DNA from: Eledone cirrhosa
Lineage: Eukaryota
Reading direction: 5' to 3'
Length of the DNA stretch: 64,000 nucleotides
Assembly: GCA_964016885.1 (NCBI GenBank)
Contig: OZ024744.1
Location: forward strand, 102,920,001-102,984,000
Of the stretch, positions 24,421 through 37,400 are shown one piece after another. Below the pieces are notes generated by a model. It made no database searches and was not told the origin of the DNA. It worked only from the letters and a program-made list of their open reading frames with translations. The translations under genes were made by a program, and so were the position numbers. Position 1 is the stretch's first letter. Each line of letters opens with the position of its first letter.

Positions 24421-27400
24421 CCATGAAACTAAAAATTAGTCAGTCTACTGTTTAAAGTGGTCCTGTTGCCATGAAACTAAAAAGTGGTCAGTCTACTGTT
24501 CAAAGTGGTCCTGCTGCCATGGAACTAAAAAGTAGTCAGTCTACTGTTTAACTGGTCTTGTTGCCATGAAACTAAAAAGTAACCAGTCTACTGGTCAAAG
24601 TGGTCCTGCTGCCATGAAACTAAAAAGTAGTCAGTCAACTGTTTAAAGTGGTCCTGCTGCCATGAAACTAAAAAGTAGTCAGTCTACTGTTTAAACTGGC
24701 CCTGCTGCCATGAAACTAAAAAGTAACCAGTTCCACTGTTTAAAGTGGTCCTGTTGCCATGAAACTAAAAAGTAAACAGTCTACTGTTTAAAGTGGTCCT
24801 GTTACCATGAAACTAAAAAGTAAACAGTCTACTGTTTAAAGTGGTCCTGTTGCCGTGAAACTAAAAAGTAACCATTCCACTGTTTACAGTGATCCTGTTG
24901 CCATGAAACCAAAAAGTAGTCAGTCCACTGTTTAAAGTGGTCCTGCTGCCATAAAACTATAAAGTAATCAGTCTACTGTTTAAAGTGGTCCTGCTGACAT
25001 GAAACTAAAAAGTAGTCAGTCCATGTTTAAAGTGGTCCTGCTGCCATGAAACTAAAAAGTAGTCTGTCCACCGTTTAAAGTGGTCGTGCTGCCATGAAAC
25101 TAAAAATAGTCAGTCCACTGTTTAAAGCGGTCCTGCTGCCAAGAAATTAAAAAGTAGTCAGTCTACTGTTTAAAGTGCTCCTGCTGCGACGAAACTAAAA
25201 ATAGTCAGTCTACTGTTTAAAGTGGTCCTGTTGCCATGAAACTCAAAAGTAACCAGTCCACTGTTTAATATGGTCCTGTTGCCTTGAAACTAAAAAGTAG
25301 CCAGTCTACTGTTTAAAGTGGTCCTGCTGCCATGAAACTAAAAAGTAACCATTGCACTGTTTAAAGTGGTCCTGCTGCCATGAAACTAAAAAGTAGTCAT
25401 TATACTGTTTAAAGTGGTTCTGCTGCCATGAAAGTAAAAAGTAACCAGTCCACTGTTTAAAGTGGTCCTGCTGCCATGAAACTAAAAAGTAGTCAGTCTA
25501 CTGTTTAAAGTGGTCCTGTTGCCATGAAACTAAAAAGTAGTCAGTCCACTGTTTAAAGTGGTCCTGCTGCCATGAAACTAAAAAGTAGTCAGTCTACTAT
25601 TTAAAGTGATCCTGTTGCCATGAAACCAAAAAGTAGTCAGTCCACTGTTTAAAGTGGTCCTGCTGCCATAAAACTATAAAGTAATCAGTCTACTGTTTAA
25701 AGTGGTCCTGTTGCAATGAAACTAAAGAGTAACCAGTCCACTGTTTAAAGTGCTCCTGCTGCCATGAAACTAAAAATAGTCAGTCTACTTTTTAAAGTGG
25801 TCCTGTTGCCATGAAACTAAAAAGTAGTCAGTCCGATATTTAAAGTGGTCCTGCTGCCATGAAACTAAAAAGTAGTCAGTCTACTGTTTAAAATTATCCT
25901 GTTGCCATGAAACCAAAAAGTAGTCAGTCCACTGTTTAAAGTGGTCCTGCTGCCATGAAACTAAAAAGTAGTCAGTCTACTGTTTAAAGTGGTCCTGCTG
26001 CCATGAAACTAAAAAGTAACCAGTCTACTGTTTAAAGTGGTCCTGCTGCCATGAAACTAAAATTTAGTCAGTCTACTGTTTAAAGTGGTCCTGCTGCCAT
26101 GAAAATAAAAAGTAGTCAGTCCACTGTTTAAAGTGGTCCTGCTGCCATGAAACTAAAAAGTAACCAGTCTACTGTATAAAGTTGTCCTGCTGCCATGAAA
26201 CTAAAAAGTAACCAGTCTACTGTTTAAAGTGGTCCTGTTGCCATGAAACTAAAGAGTAACCAGTCCACTGTTTAAAGTGCTCCTGCTGCCATGAAACTAA
26301 AAAGTAACCAGTCCACTGTTTAAAGTGGTACTGTTGCAATGAAACTAAAAAGTAGTCAGTCCACTGTTTAAAGTGGTCCTGCTGCCATGAAACTAAAAAG
26401 TAACCAGTCTACTGCTTAAAGTGGTCCTGTTGCCATGAAACTAAAAAGTAGTCAGTCTACTATTTAAAGTGATCCTGTTGCCATGAAACCAAAAAGTAGT
26501 CAGTCCACTGTTTAAAGTGGTCCTGCTGCCATAAAACTATAAAGTAATCAGTCTACTGTTTAAAGTGGTCCTGCTGACATGAAACTAAAAAGTAGTCAGT
26601 CCATGTTTAAAGTGGTCCTGCTGCCATGAAACTAAAAAGTAGTCTGTCCACCGTTTAAAGTGGTCGTGCTGCCATGAAACTAAAAATAGTCAGTCCACTG
26701 TTTAAAGCGGTCCTGCTGCTAAGAAATTAAAAAGTAGTCAGTCTACTGTTTAAAGTTGTCCTTCTGCCATGAAAATAAAAAGTAGTCAGTCCACTGTTTA
26801 AAGTGGTCCTGCTGCCATGAAACTAAAAAGTAACCAGTCTACTGTTTAAAGTGGTCCTGTTGCCATGAAACTAAAGAGTAACCAGTCCACTGTTTAAAGT
26901 GCTCCTGCTGCCATGAAACTAAAAATAGTCAGTCTACTTTTTAAAGTGGTCCTGTTGCCATGGAACTAAAAAGTAGTCAGTCCGATATTTAAAGTGGTCC
27001 TGCTGCCATGAAACTAAAAAGTAGTCAGTCTACTGTTTAAAGTTATCCTGTTGCCATGAAACCAAAAAGTAGTCAGTCCACTGTTTAAAGTGGTCCTGCT
27101 GCCATGAAAGTAAAAAGTAGTCAGTCTACTGTTTAAAGTGGTCCTGCTGCCATGAAACTAAAAAGTAACCAGTCTACTGTTTAAAGTGGTCCTGCTGCCA
27201 TGAAACTAAAAAGTAGTCAGACTACTGTTTAAAGTGGTTCTGCTGCCATGAAAATAAAAAGTAGTCAGTCCACTGTTTAAAGTGGTCCTGCTGTCATGAA
27301 ACTAAAAAGTAACCAGTCCACTGTTTAAAGTGGTACTGTTGCAATGAAACTAAAAAGTAACCAGTCCACTGTTTAAAGTGGTACTGTTGCAATGAAACTA

Positions 27401-30400
27401 AAAAGTAGTCAGTCCACTGTTTAAAGTGGTCCTGCTGCCATGAAACTAAAAAGTAACCAGTCTACTGCTTAAAGTGGTCCTGTTGCCATGAAACTAAAAA
27501 GTAGTCAGTCTACTGTTTAAAGTGGTCCTGCTGCCATGAAACTAAAAAGTAGTCAGTCTACTGTTTAAAGTGGTCCTGTTGCCATGAAACTAAAAAAATA
27601 GTCAGTCTGCTGTTTAAAGTGGTCCTGCTGCCATGAAACTAAAAAGTAACCAGTACAGTATTTAAAGTGGTCCTGCTGCCATGAAACTAAAAATTAGTCA
27701 GTCTACTGTTTAAAGTGGTCCTGTTGCCATGAAACTAAAAAGTGGTCAGTCTACTGTTCAAAGTGGTCCTGCTGCCATGAAACTAAAAAGTAGTCAGTCT
27801 ACTGTTCAACTGGTCTTGTTGCCATGAAACTAAAAAGTAACCAGTTCCACTGTTTAAAGTGGTCCTGTTGCCATGAAACTAAAAAGTAAACAGTCAACTG
27901 TTTAAAGTGGTCCTGTTGCCATGAAACTAAAAAGTAAACAGTCTACTGTTTAAAGTGGTCCTGTTGCCGTGAAACTAAAAAGTAACCATTCCACTGTTTA
28001 AAGTGATCCTGTTGCCATGAAACCAAAAAGTAGTCAGTCCACTGTTTAAAGTGGTCCTGCTGCCATAAAACTATAAAGTAATCAGTCTACTGTTTAAAGT
28101 GGTCCTGCTGACATGAAACTAAAAAGTAGTCAGTCCATGTTTAAAGTGGTCCTGCTGCCATGAAACTAAAAAGTAGTCTGTCCACTGTTTAAAGTGGTCG
28201 TGCTGCCATGAAACTAAAAATAGTCAGTCCACTGTTTAAAGCGGTCCTGCTGCCAAGAAATTAAAAAGTAGTCAGTCTACTGTTTAAAGTGGTCCTTCTG
28301 CCATGAAAATAAAAAGTAGTCAGTCCACTGTTTAAAGTGGTCCTGCTGCCATGAAACTAAAAAGTAACCAGTCTACTGTTTAAAGTGGTCCTGTTGCCAT
28401 GAAACTAAAGAGTAACCAGTCCACTGTTTAAAGTGCTCCTGCTGCCATGAAACTAAAAATAGTCAGTCTACTTTTTAAAGTGGTCCTGTTGCCATGAAAC
28501 TAAAAAGTAGTCAGTCCGATATTTAAAGTGGTCCTGCTTCCATGAAACTAAAAAGTAGTCAGTCTACTGTTTAAAGTGGTCCTGCTGCCATGAAACTAAA
28601 AAGTAACCAGTCTACTGTTTAAAGTGGTCCTGCTGCCATGAAACTAAAAAGTAGTCAGTCCACTGTTTAAAGTGGTCCTGCTGCCATGAAACTAAAAAGT
28701 AACCAGTCTATTGCTTAAAGTGGTCCTGCTGCCATGAAACTAAAAAGTAACCAGTCTACTGCTTAAAGTGGTCCTGTTGCCATGAAACTAAAAAGTAGTC
28801 AGTCTACTATTTAAAGTGATCCTGTTGCCATGAAACCAAAAAGTAGTCAGTCCACTGTTTAAAGTGGTCCTGCTGCCATAAAACTATAAAGTAATCAGTC
28901 TACTGTTTAAAGTGGTCCTGCTGACATGAAACTAAAAAGTAGTCAGTCCATGTTTAAAGTGGTCCTGCTGCCATGAAACTAAAAATAGTCAGTCCACTGT
29001 TTAAAGCGGTCCTGCTGCCAAGAAATTAAAAAGTAGTCAGTCTACTGTTTAAAGTGGTCCTTCTGCCATGAAAATAAAAAGTAGTCAGTCCACTGTTTAA
29101 AGTGGTCCTGCTGCCATGAAACTAAAAAGTAACCAGTCTACTGTTTAAAGTGGTCCTGTTGCCATGAAACTAAAGAGTAACCAGTCCACTGTTTAAAGTG
29201 CTCCTGCTGCCATGAAACTAAAAATAGTCAGTCTACTTTTTAAAGTAGTCCTGTTGCCATGGAACTAAAAAGTAGTCAGTCCGATATTTAAAGTGGTCCT
29301 GCTGCCATGAAACTAAAAAGTAGTCAGTCTACTGTTTAAAGTTATCCTGTTGCCATGAAACCAAAAAGTAGTCAGTCCACTGTTTAAAGTGGTCCTGCTG
29401 CCATGAAACTAAAAAGTAGTCAGTCTACTGTTTAAAGTGGTCCTGCTGCCATGAAACTAAAAAGTAACCAGTCTACTGTTTAAAGTGGTCCTGCTGCCAT
29501 GAAACTAAAAAGTAGTCAGTCTACTGTTTAAAGTGGTCCTGCTGCCATGAAAATAAAAAGTAGTCAGTCCACTGTTTAAAGTGGTCCTGCTGTCATGAAA
29601 CTAAAAAGTAACCAGTTCCACTGCTTAAAGTGGTCCTGTTGCCATTAAACTAAAAAGTAACCAGTCAACTGTATAAAGTTGTCCTGCTGCCATGAAACTA
29701 AAAAGTAACCAGTCTACTGTTTAAAGTGGTCCTGTTGCCATGAAACTAAAGAGTAACCAGTCCACTGTTTAAAGTGCTCCTGCTGCCATGAAACTAAAAA
29801 GTAGTCAGTCTACTTTTTAAAGTGGTCCTGCTGCCATGAAACTAAAAAGTAACCAGTCTACTGTTTAAAGTGGTCCTGCTGCCATGGAACTAAAAAGTAG
29901 TCAGTCTACTGTTTAAAGTGGTCCTGCTGCCATGGAACTAAAAAGTAATCAGTCTACTGTTTAAAGTGGGCCTGCTGCTATGAAACTAAAAAGTAGTCAG
30001 TCCACTGTTTAAAGTGGTTCTGCTGCCATGAAACTAAAAAGTAACCAGTCCACTGTTTAAAGTGGTACTGTTGCAATGAAACTAAAAAGTAACCAGTCCA
30101 CTGTTTAAAGTGGTACTGTTGCAATGAAACTAAAAAGTAGTCAGTCCACTGTTTAAAGTGGTCCTGCTGCCATGAAACTAAAAAGTAACCAGTCTACTGC
30201 TTAAAGTGGTCCTGTTGCCATGAAACTAAAAAAATAGTCAGTCTGCTGTTTAAAGTGGTCCTGCTGCCATGAAACTAAAAAGTAACCAGTCCAGTATTTA
30301 AAGTGGTCCTGTTGCCATGAAACTAAAAAATAGTCAGTCTACTGTTTAAAGTGGTCCTGTTGCCATGAAACTAAAAAGTAGTCAGTCCACTGTTTAAAGT

Positions 30401-32193
30401 GGTCCTGCTGCCATGAAACTAAGAAGTAACCAGTCTACTGCTTAAAGTGGTCCTGTTGCCATTAAACTAAAAAGTAACCAGTCAACTGTATAAAGTTGTC
30501 CTGCTGCCATGAAACTAAAAAGTAACTAGTCTACTGTTTAAAGTGGTCCTGTTGCCATGAAACTAAAGAGTAACCAGTCCACTGTTTAAAGTGCTCCTGC
30601 TGCCATGAAACTAAAAATAGTCAGTCTACTTTTTAAAGTGGTCCTGTTGCCATGAAACTAAAAAGTAGTCAGTCCGATATTTAAAGTGGTCCTGCTGCCA
30701 TGAAACTAAAAAGTAGTCAGTCTACTGCTTAAAGTAATCCTGTTGCCATGAAACCAAAAAGTAGTCAGTCCACTGTTTAAAGTGGTCCTGCTGCCATGAA
30801 ACTAAAAAGTAGTCAGTCTACTGTTTAAAGTGGTCCTGCTGCCATGAAACTAAAAAGTAACCAGTCTACTGTTTAAAGTGGTCCTGCTGCCATGAAACTA
30901 AAAAGTAGTCAGTCTACTGTTTAAAGTGGTCCTGCTTCCATGAAACTAAAAAGTAGTCAGTCTACTGTTTAAAGTGGTCCTGCTGCCATGAAACTAAAAA
31001 GTAACCAGTCTACTGTTTAAAGTGGTCCTGCTGCCATGGAACTAAAAAGTAATCAGTCTACTGTTTAAAATGGGCCTGCTGCTATGAAACTAAAAAGTAG
31101 TCAGTCCACTGTTTAAAGTGGTTCTGCTGCCATGAAACTAAAATTAACCAGTCCACTGTTTAAAGTGCTCCTGTTGCAATGAAACTAAAAAGTAGTCAGT
31201 CCACTGTTTAAAGTGGTCCTGCTGCCATGAAACTAAAATTAACCAGTCCACTGTTTAAAGTGGTACTGTTGCAATGAAACTAAAAAGTAACCAGTCCACT
31301 GTTTAAAGTGGTACTGTTGCAATGAAACTAAAAAGTAGTCAGTCCACTGTTTAAAGTGGTCCTGCTGCCATGAAACTAAAAAGTAACCAGTCTATTGCTT
31401 AAAGTGGTCCTGCTGCCATGAAACTAAAAAGTAACCAGTCTACTGCTTAAAGTGGTCCTGTTGCCATGAAACTAAAAAGTAGTCAGTCTACTATTTAAAG
31501 TGATCCTGTTGCCATGAAACCAAAAAGTAGTCAGTCCACTGTTTAACTGGTCTTGTTGCCATGAAACTAAAAAGTAACCAGTTCCACTGTTTAAAGTGGT
31601 CCTGTTGCCATGAAACTAAAAAGTAAACAGTCTACTGTTTAAAGTGGTCCTGTTGCCATGAAACTAAAAAGTAAACAGTCTACTGTTTAAAGTGGTCCTG
31701 TTGCCGTGAAACTAAAAAGTAACCATTCCACTGTTTAAAGTGATCCTGTTGCCATGAAACCAAAAAGTAGTCAGTCCACTGTTTAAAGTGGTCCTGCTGC
31801 CATAAAACTATAAAGTAATCAGTCTACTGTTTAAAGTGGTCCTGCTGACATGAAACTAAAAAGTAGTCAGTCCATGTTTAAAGTGGTCCTGCTGCCATGA
31901 AACTAAAAAGTAGTCTGTCCACTGTTTAAAGTGGTCGTGCTGCCATGAAACTAAAAATAGTCAGTCCACTGTTTAAAGCGGTCCTGCTGCCAAGAAATTA
32001 AAAAGTAGTCAGTCTACTGTTTAAAGTGGTCCTTCTGCCATGAAAATAAAAAGTAGTCAGTCCACTGTTTAAAGTGGTCCTGTTGCCATGAAACTAAAGA
32101 GTAACCAGTCCACTGTTTAAAGTGCTCCTGCTGCCATGAAACTAAAAATAGTCAGTCTACTTTTTAAAGTGGTCCTGTTGCCATGAAACTAAA

Positions 32194-32498
32194 TATCGGA
32201 CTGACTACTTTTTAGTTTCATGGCAACAGGACCACTTTAAAAAGTAGACTGACTACTTTTTAGTTTCATGGCAGCAGGACCACTTTAAACAGTAGACTGG
32301 TTACTTTTTAGTTTCATGGCAGCAGGACCACTTTAAACAGTAGACTGACTACTTTTTAGTTTCATGGCAGCAGGACCACTTTAAACAGTGGACTGACTAC
32401 TTTTTGGTTTCATGGCAACAGGATTACTTTAAACAGTAGACTGACTACTTTTTAGTTTCATGGCAGCAGGACCACTTTAAATATCGGACTGACTACTT
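32194..32498 (-). repeat. 305-bp inverted satellite segment (6 monomers plus 17 nt), copy 1
   Basis: It reads as the reverse complement of the array (TTTTTAGTTTCATGGCAGCAGGACCACTTTAAACAGTAGACTGACTAC). It begins and ends with TATCGGACTGACTACTT (32194 and 32482, 288 bp apart) and is flanked by TAAA (32190-32193) and TTTA (32499-32502). Confidence 0.98.
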
Positions 32499-34473
32499 TT
32501 TAAAGTGGTCCTGCTGCCATGAAACTAAAAAGTAGTCAGTCTACTGTTTAAAGTAATCCTGTTGCCATGAAACCAAAAAGTAGTCAGTCCACTGTTTAAA
32601 GTGGTCCTGCTGCCATGAAACTAAAAAGTAGTCAGTCTACTGTTTAAAGTGGTCCTGCTGCCATGAAACTAAAAAGTAACCAGTCTACTGTTTAAAGTGG
32701 TCCTGCTGCCATGAAACTAAAAAGTAGTCAGTCTACTGTTTAAAGTGGTCCTGCTTCCATGAAACTAAAAAGTAGTCAGTCTACTGTTTAAAGTGGTCCT
32801 GCTGCCATGAAACTAAAAAGTAACCAGTCTACTGTTTAAAGTGGTCCTGCTGCCATGAAACTAAAAAGTAGTCAGTATACTGTTTAAAGTGGTCCTGCTG
32901 CCATGGAACTAAAAAGTAATCAGTCTACTGTTTAAAGTGGGCCTGCTGCTATGAAACTAAAAAGTAGTCAGTCCACTGTTTAAAGTGGTTCTGCTGCCAT
33001 GAAACTAAAATTAACCAGTCCACTGTTTAAAGTGGTCCTGTTGCAATGAAACTAAAAAGTAGTCAGTCCACTGTTTAAAGTGGTCCTGCTGCCATGAAAC
33101 TAAAATTAACCAGTCCACTGTTTAAAGTGGTACTGTTGCAATGAAACTAAAAAGTAACCAGTCCACTGTTTAAAGTGGTACTGTTGCAATGAAACTAAAA
33201 AGTAGTCAGTCCACGGTTTAAAGTGGTCCTGCTGCCATGAAACTAAAAAGTAACCAGTCTATTGCTTAAAGTGGTCCTGCTGCCATGAAGCTAAAAAGTA
33301 ACCAGTCAACTGCTTAAAGTGGTCCTGTTGCCATGAAACTAAAAAGTAGTCAGTCTACTATTTAAAGTGATCCTGTTGCCATGAAACCAAAAAGTAGTCA
33401 GTCCACTGTTTAAAGTGGTCCTGCTGCCATAAAACTATAAAGTAATCAGTCTACTGTTTAAAGTGGTCCTGCTGACATGAAACTAAAAAGTAGTCAGTCC
33501 ATGTTTAAAGTGGTCCTGCTGCCATGAAACTAAAAATAGTCAGTCCACTGTTTAAAGCGGTCCTGCTGCCAAGAAATTAAAAAGTAGTCAGTCTACTGTT
33601 TAAAGTGGTCCTTCTGCCATGAAAATAAAAAGTAGTCAGTCCACTGTTTAAAGTGGTCCTGCTGCCATGAAACTAAAAAGTAACCAGTCTACTGTTTAAA
33701 GTGGTCCTGTTGCCATGAAACTAAAGAGTAACCAGTCCACTGTTTAAAGTGCTCCTGCTGCCATGAAACTAAAAATAGTCAGTCTACTGTTTAAAGTTAT
33801 CCTGTTGCCATGAAACCAAAAAGTAGTCAGTCCACTGTTTAAAGTGGTCCTGCTGCCATGAAACTAAAAAGTAGTCAGTCTACTGTTTAAAGTGGTCCTG
33901 CTGCCATGAAACTAAAAAGTAACCAGTCTACTGTTTAAAGTGGTCCTGCTGCCATGAAACTAAAAAGTAGTCAGTCTACTGTTTAAAGTGGTCCTGCTGC
34001 CATGAAAATAAAAAGTAGTCAGTCCACTGTTTAAAGTGGTCCTGCTGTCATGAAACTAAAAAGTAACCAGTCTACTGCTTAAAGTGGTCCTGTTGCCATT
34101 AAACTAAAAAGTAACCAGTCAACTGTATAAAGTTGTCCTGCTGCCATGAAACTAAAAAGTAACCAGTCTACTGTTTAAAGTGGTCCTGTTGCCATGAAAC
34201 TAAAGAGTAACCAGTCCACTGTTTAAAGTGCTCCTGCTGCCATGAAACTAAAAAGTAGTCAGTCTACTTTTTAAAGTGGTCCTGCTGCCATGAAACTAAA
34301 AAGTAACCAGTCTACTGTTTAAAGTGGTCCTGCTGCCATGGAACTAAAAAGTAGTCAGTCTACTGTTTAAAGTGGTCCTGCTGCCATGGAACTAAAAAGT
34401 AATCAGTCTACTGTTTAAAGTGGGCCTGCTGCTATGAAACTAAAAAGTAGTCAGTCCACTGTTTAAAGTGGTT

Positions 34474-37400
34474 CTGCTGCCATGAAACTAAAAAGTAACC
34501 AGTCCACTGTTTAAAGTGGTACTGTTGCAATGAAACTAAAAAGTAACCAGTCCACTGTTTAAAGTGGTACTGTTGCAATGAAACTAAAAAGTAGTCAGTC
34601 CACTGTTTAAAGTGGTCCTGCTGCCATGAAACTAAAAAGTAACCAGTCTACTGCTTAAAGTGGTCCTGTTTCCATGAAACTAAAAAAATAGTCAGTCTGC
34701 TGTTTAAAGTGGTCCTGCTGCCATGAAACTAAAAAGTAACCAGTCCAGTATTTAAAGTGGTCCTGTTGCCATGAAACTAAAAAATAGTCAGTCTACTGTT
34801 TAAAGTGGTCCTGTTGCCATGAAACTAAAAAGTGGTCAGTCTACTGTTCAAAGTGGTCCTGCTTCCATGAAACTAAAAAGTAGTCAGTCTACTGTTTAAC
34901 TGGTCTTGTTGCCATGAAACTAAAAAGTAACCAGTCTACTGGTCAAAGTGGTCCTGCTGCCATGAAACTAAAAAGTAGTCAGTCAACTGTTTAAAGTGGT
35001 CCTGCTGCCATGAAACTAAAAAGTAGTCAGTCTACTGTTTAAACTGGTCCTGCTGCCATGAAACTAAAAAGTAACCAGTTCCACTGTTTAAAGTGGTCCT
35101 GTTGCCATGAAACTAAAAAGTAAACAGTCTACTGTTTAAAGTGGTCCTGTTGCCATGAAACTAAAAAGTAAACAGTCTACTGTTTAAAGTGGTCCTGTTG
35201 CCGTGAAACTAAAAAGTAACCATTCCACTGTTTAAAGTGATCCTGTTGCCATGAAACCAAAAAGTAGTCAGTCCACTGTTTAAAGTGGTCCTGGTGCCAT
35301 AAAACTATAAAGTAATCAGTCTACTGTTTAAAGTGGTCCTGCTGACATGAAACTAAAAAGTAGTCAGTCCATGTTTAAAGTGGTCCTGCTGCCATGAAAC
35401 TAAAAAGTAGTCTGTCCACCGTTTAAAGTGGTCGTGCTGCCATGAAACTAAAAATAGTCAGTCCACTGTTTAAAGCGGTCCTGCTGCCAAGAAATTAAAA
35501 AGTAGTCAGTCTACTGTTTAAAGTGGTCCTTCTGCCATGAAAATAAAAAGTAGTCAGTCCACTGTTTAAAGTGGTCCTGCTGCCATGAAACTAAAAAGTA
35601 ACCAGTCTACTGTTTAAAGTGGTCCTGTTGCCATGAAACTAAAGAGTAACCAGTCCACTGTTTAAAGTGCTCCTGCTGCCATGAAACTAAAAATAGTCAG
35701 TCTACTTTTTAAAGTGGTCCTGTTGCCATGGAACTAAAAAGTAGTCAGTCCGATATTTAAAGTGGTCCTGCTGCCATGAAACAAAAAAGTAGTCAGTCTA
35801 CTGTTTAAAGTTATCCTGTTGCCATGAAACCAAAAAGTAACCAGTCCACTGTTTAAAGTGGTACTGTTGCAATGAAACTAAAAAGTAACCAGTCCACTGT
35901 TTAAAGTGGTACTGTTGCAATGAAACTAAAAAGTAGTCAGTCTACTGTTTAAAGTGGTCCTGCTGCCATGAAAATAAAAAGTAGTCAGTCCACTGTTTAA
36001 AGTGGTCCTGCTGTCATGAAACTAAAAAGTAACCAGTCTACTGCTTAAAGTGGTCCTGTTGCCATTAAACTAAAAAGTAACCAGTCAACTGTATAAAGTT
36101 GTCCTGCTGCCATGAAACTAAAAAGTAACCAGTCTACTGTTTAAAGTGGTCCTGTTGCCATGAAACTAAAGAGTAACCAGTCCACTGTTTAAAGTGCTCC
36201 TGCTGCCATGAAACTAAAAAGTAGTCAGTCTACTGTTTAAAGTGGTCCTGCTGCCATGAAACTAAAAAGTAACCAGTCTACTGTTTAAAGTGGTCCTGCT
36301 GCCATGAAACTAAAAAGTAGTCAGTCTACTGTTTAAAGTAATCCTGTTGCCATGAAACCAAAAAGTAGTCAGTCCACTGTTTAAAGTGGTCCTGCTGCCA
36401 TGAAACTAAAAAGTAGTCAGTCTACTGTTTAAAGTGGTCCTGCTGCCATGAAACTAAAAAGTAACCAGTCTACTGTTTAAAGTGCTCCTGCTGCCATGAA
36501 ACTAAAAAGTAGTCAGTCTACTGTTTAAAGTGGTCCTGCTGCCATGAAACTAAAAAGTAGTCAGTCTACTGTTTAAAGTGGTCCTGCTGCCATGAAACTA
36601 AAAAGTAACCAGTCTACTGTTTAAAGTGGTCCTGCTGCCATGGAACTAAAAAGTAATCAGTCTACTGTTTAAAGTGGGCCTGCTGCTATGAAACTAAAAA
36701 GTAGTCAGTCCACTGTTTAAAGTGGTTCTGCTGCCATGAAACTAAAAAGTAACCAGTCCACTGTTTAAAGTGGTACTGTTGCAATGAAACTAAAAAGTAA
36801 CCAGTCCACTGTTTAAAGTGGTACTGTTGCAATGAAACTAAAAAGTAGTCAGTCCACTGTTTAAAGTGGTCCTGCTGCCATGAAACTAAAAAGTAACCAG
36901 TCTACTGCTTAAAGTGGCCCTGTTGCCATGAAACTAAAAAGTAGTCAGTCTACTGTTTAAAGTGGTCCTGCTGCCATGAAACTAAAAAGTAGTCAGTCTA
37001 CTGTTTAAAGTGGTCCTGTTGCCATGAAACTAAAAAAATAGTCAGTCTGCTGTTTAAAGTGGTCCTGCTGCCATGAAACTAAAAAGTAACCAGTCCAGTA
37101 TTTAAAGTGGTCCTGCTGCCATGAAACTAAAAATTAGTCAGTCTACTGTTTAAAGTGGTCCTGTTGCCATGAAACTAAAAAGTGGTCAGTCTACTGTTCA
37201 AAGTGGTCCTGCTGCCATGGAACTAAAAAGTAGTCAGTCTACTGTTTAACTGGTCTTGTTGCCATGAAACTAAAAAGTAACCAGTCTACTGGTCAAAGTG
37301 GTCCTGCTGCCATGAAACTAAAAAGTAGTCAGTCAACTATTTAAAGTGGTCCTGCTGCCATGAAACTAAAAAGTAGTCAGTCTACTGTTTAAACTGGCCC

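Noticed and set aside
32194-32498. Inverted segment as a MITE/transposon or recombinase-controlled invertible switch
   Set aside because: It consists entirely of satellite sequence. There is no target-site duplication or foreign DNA, only 4-bp inverted microhomology, no recombinase in the window, and both copies share one orientation.
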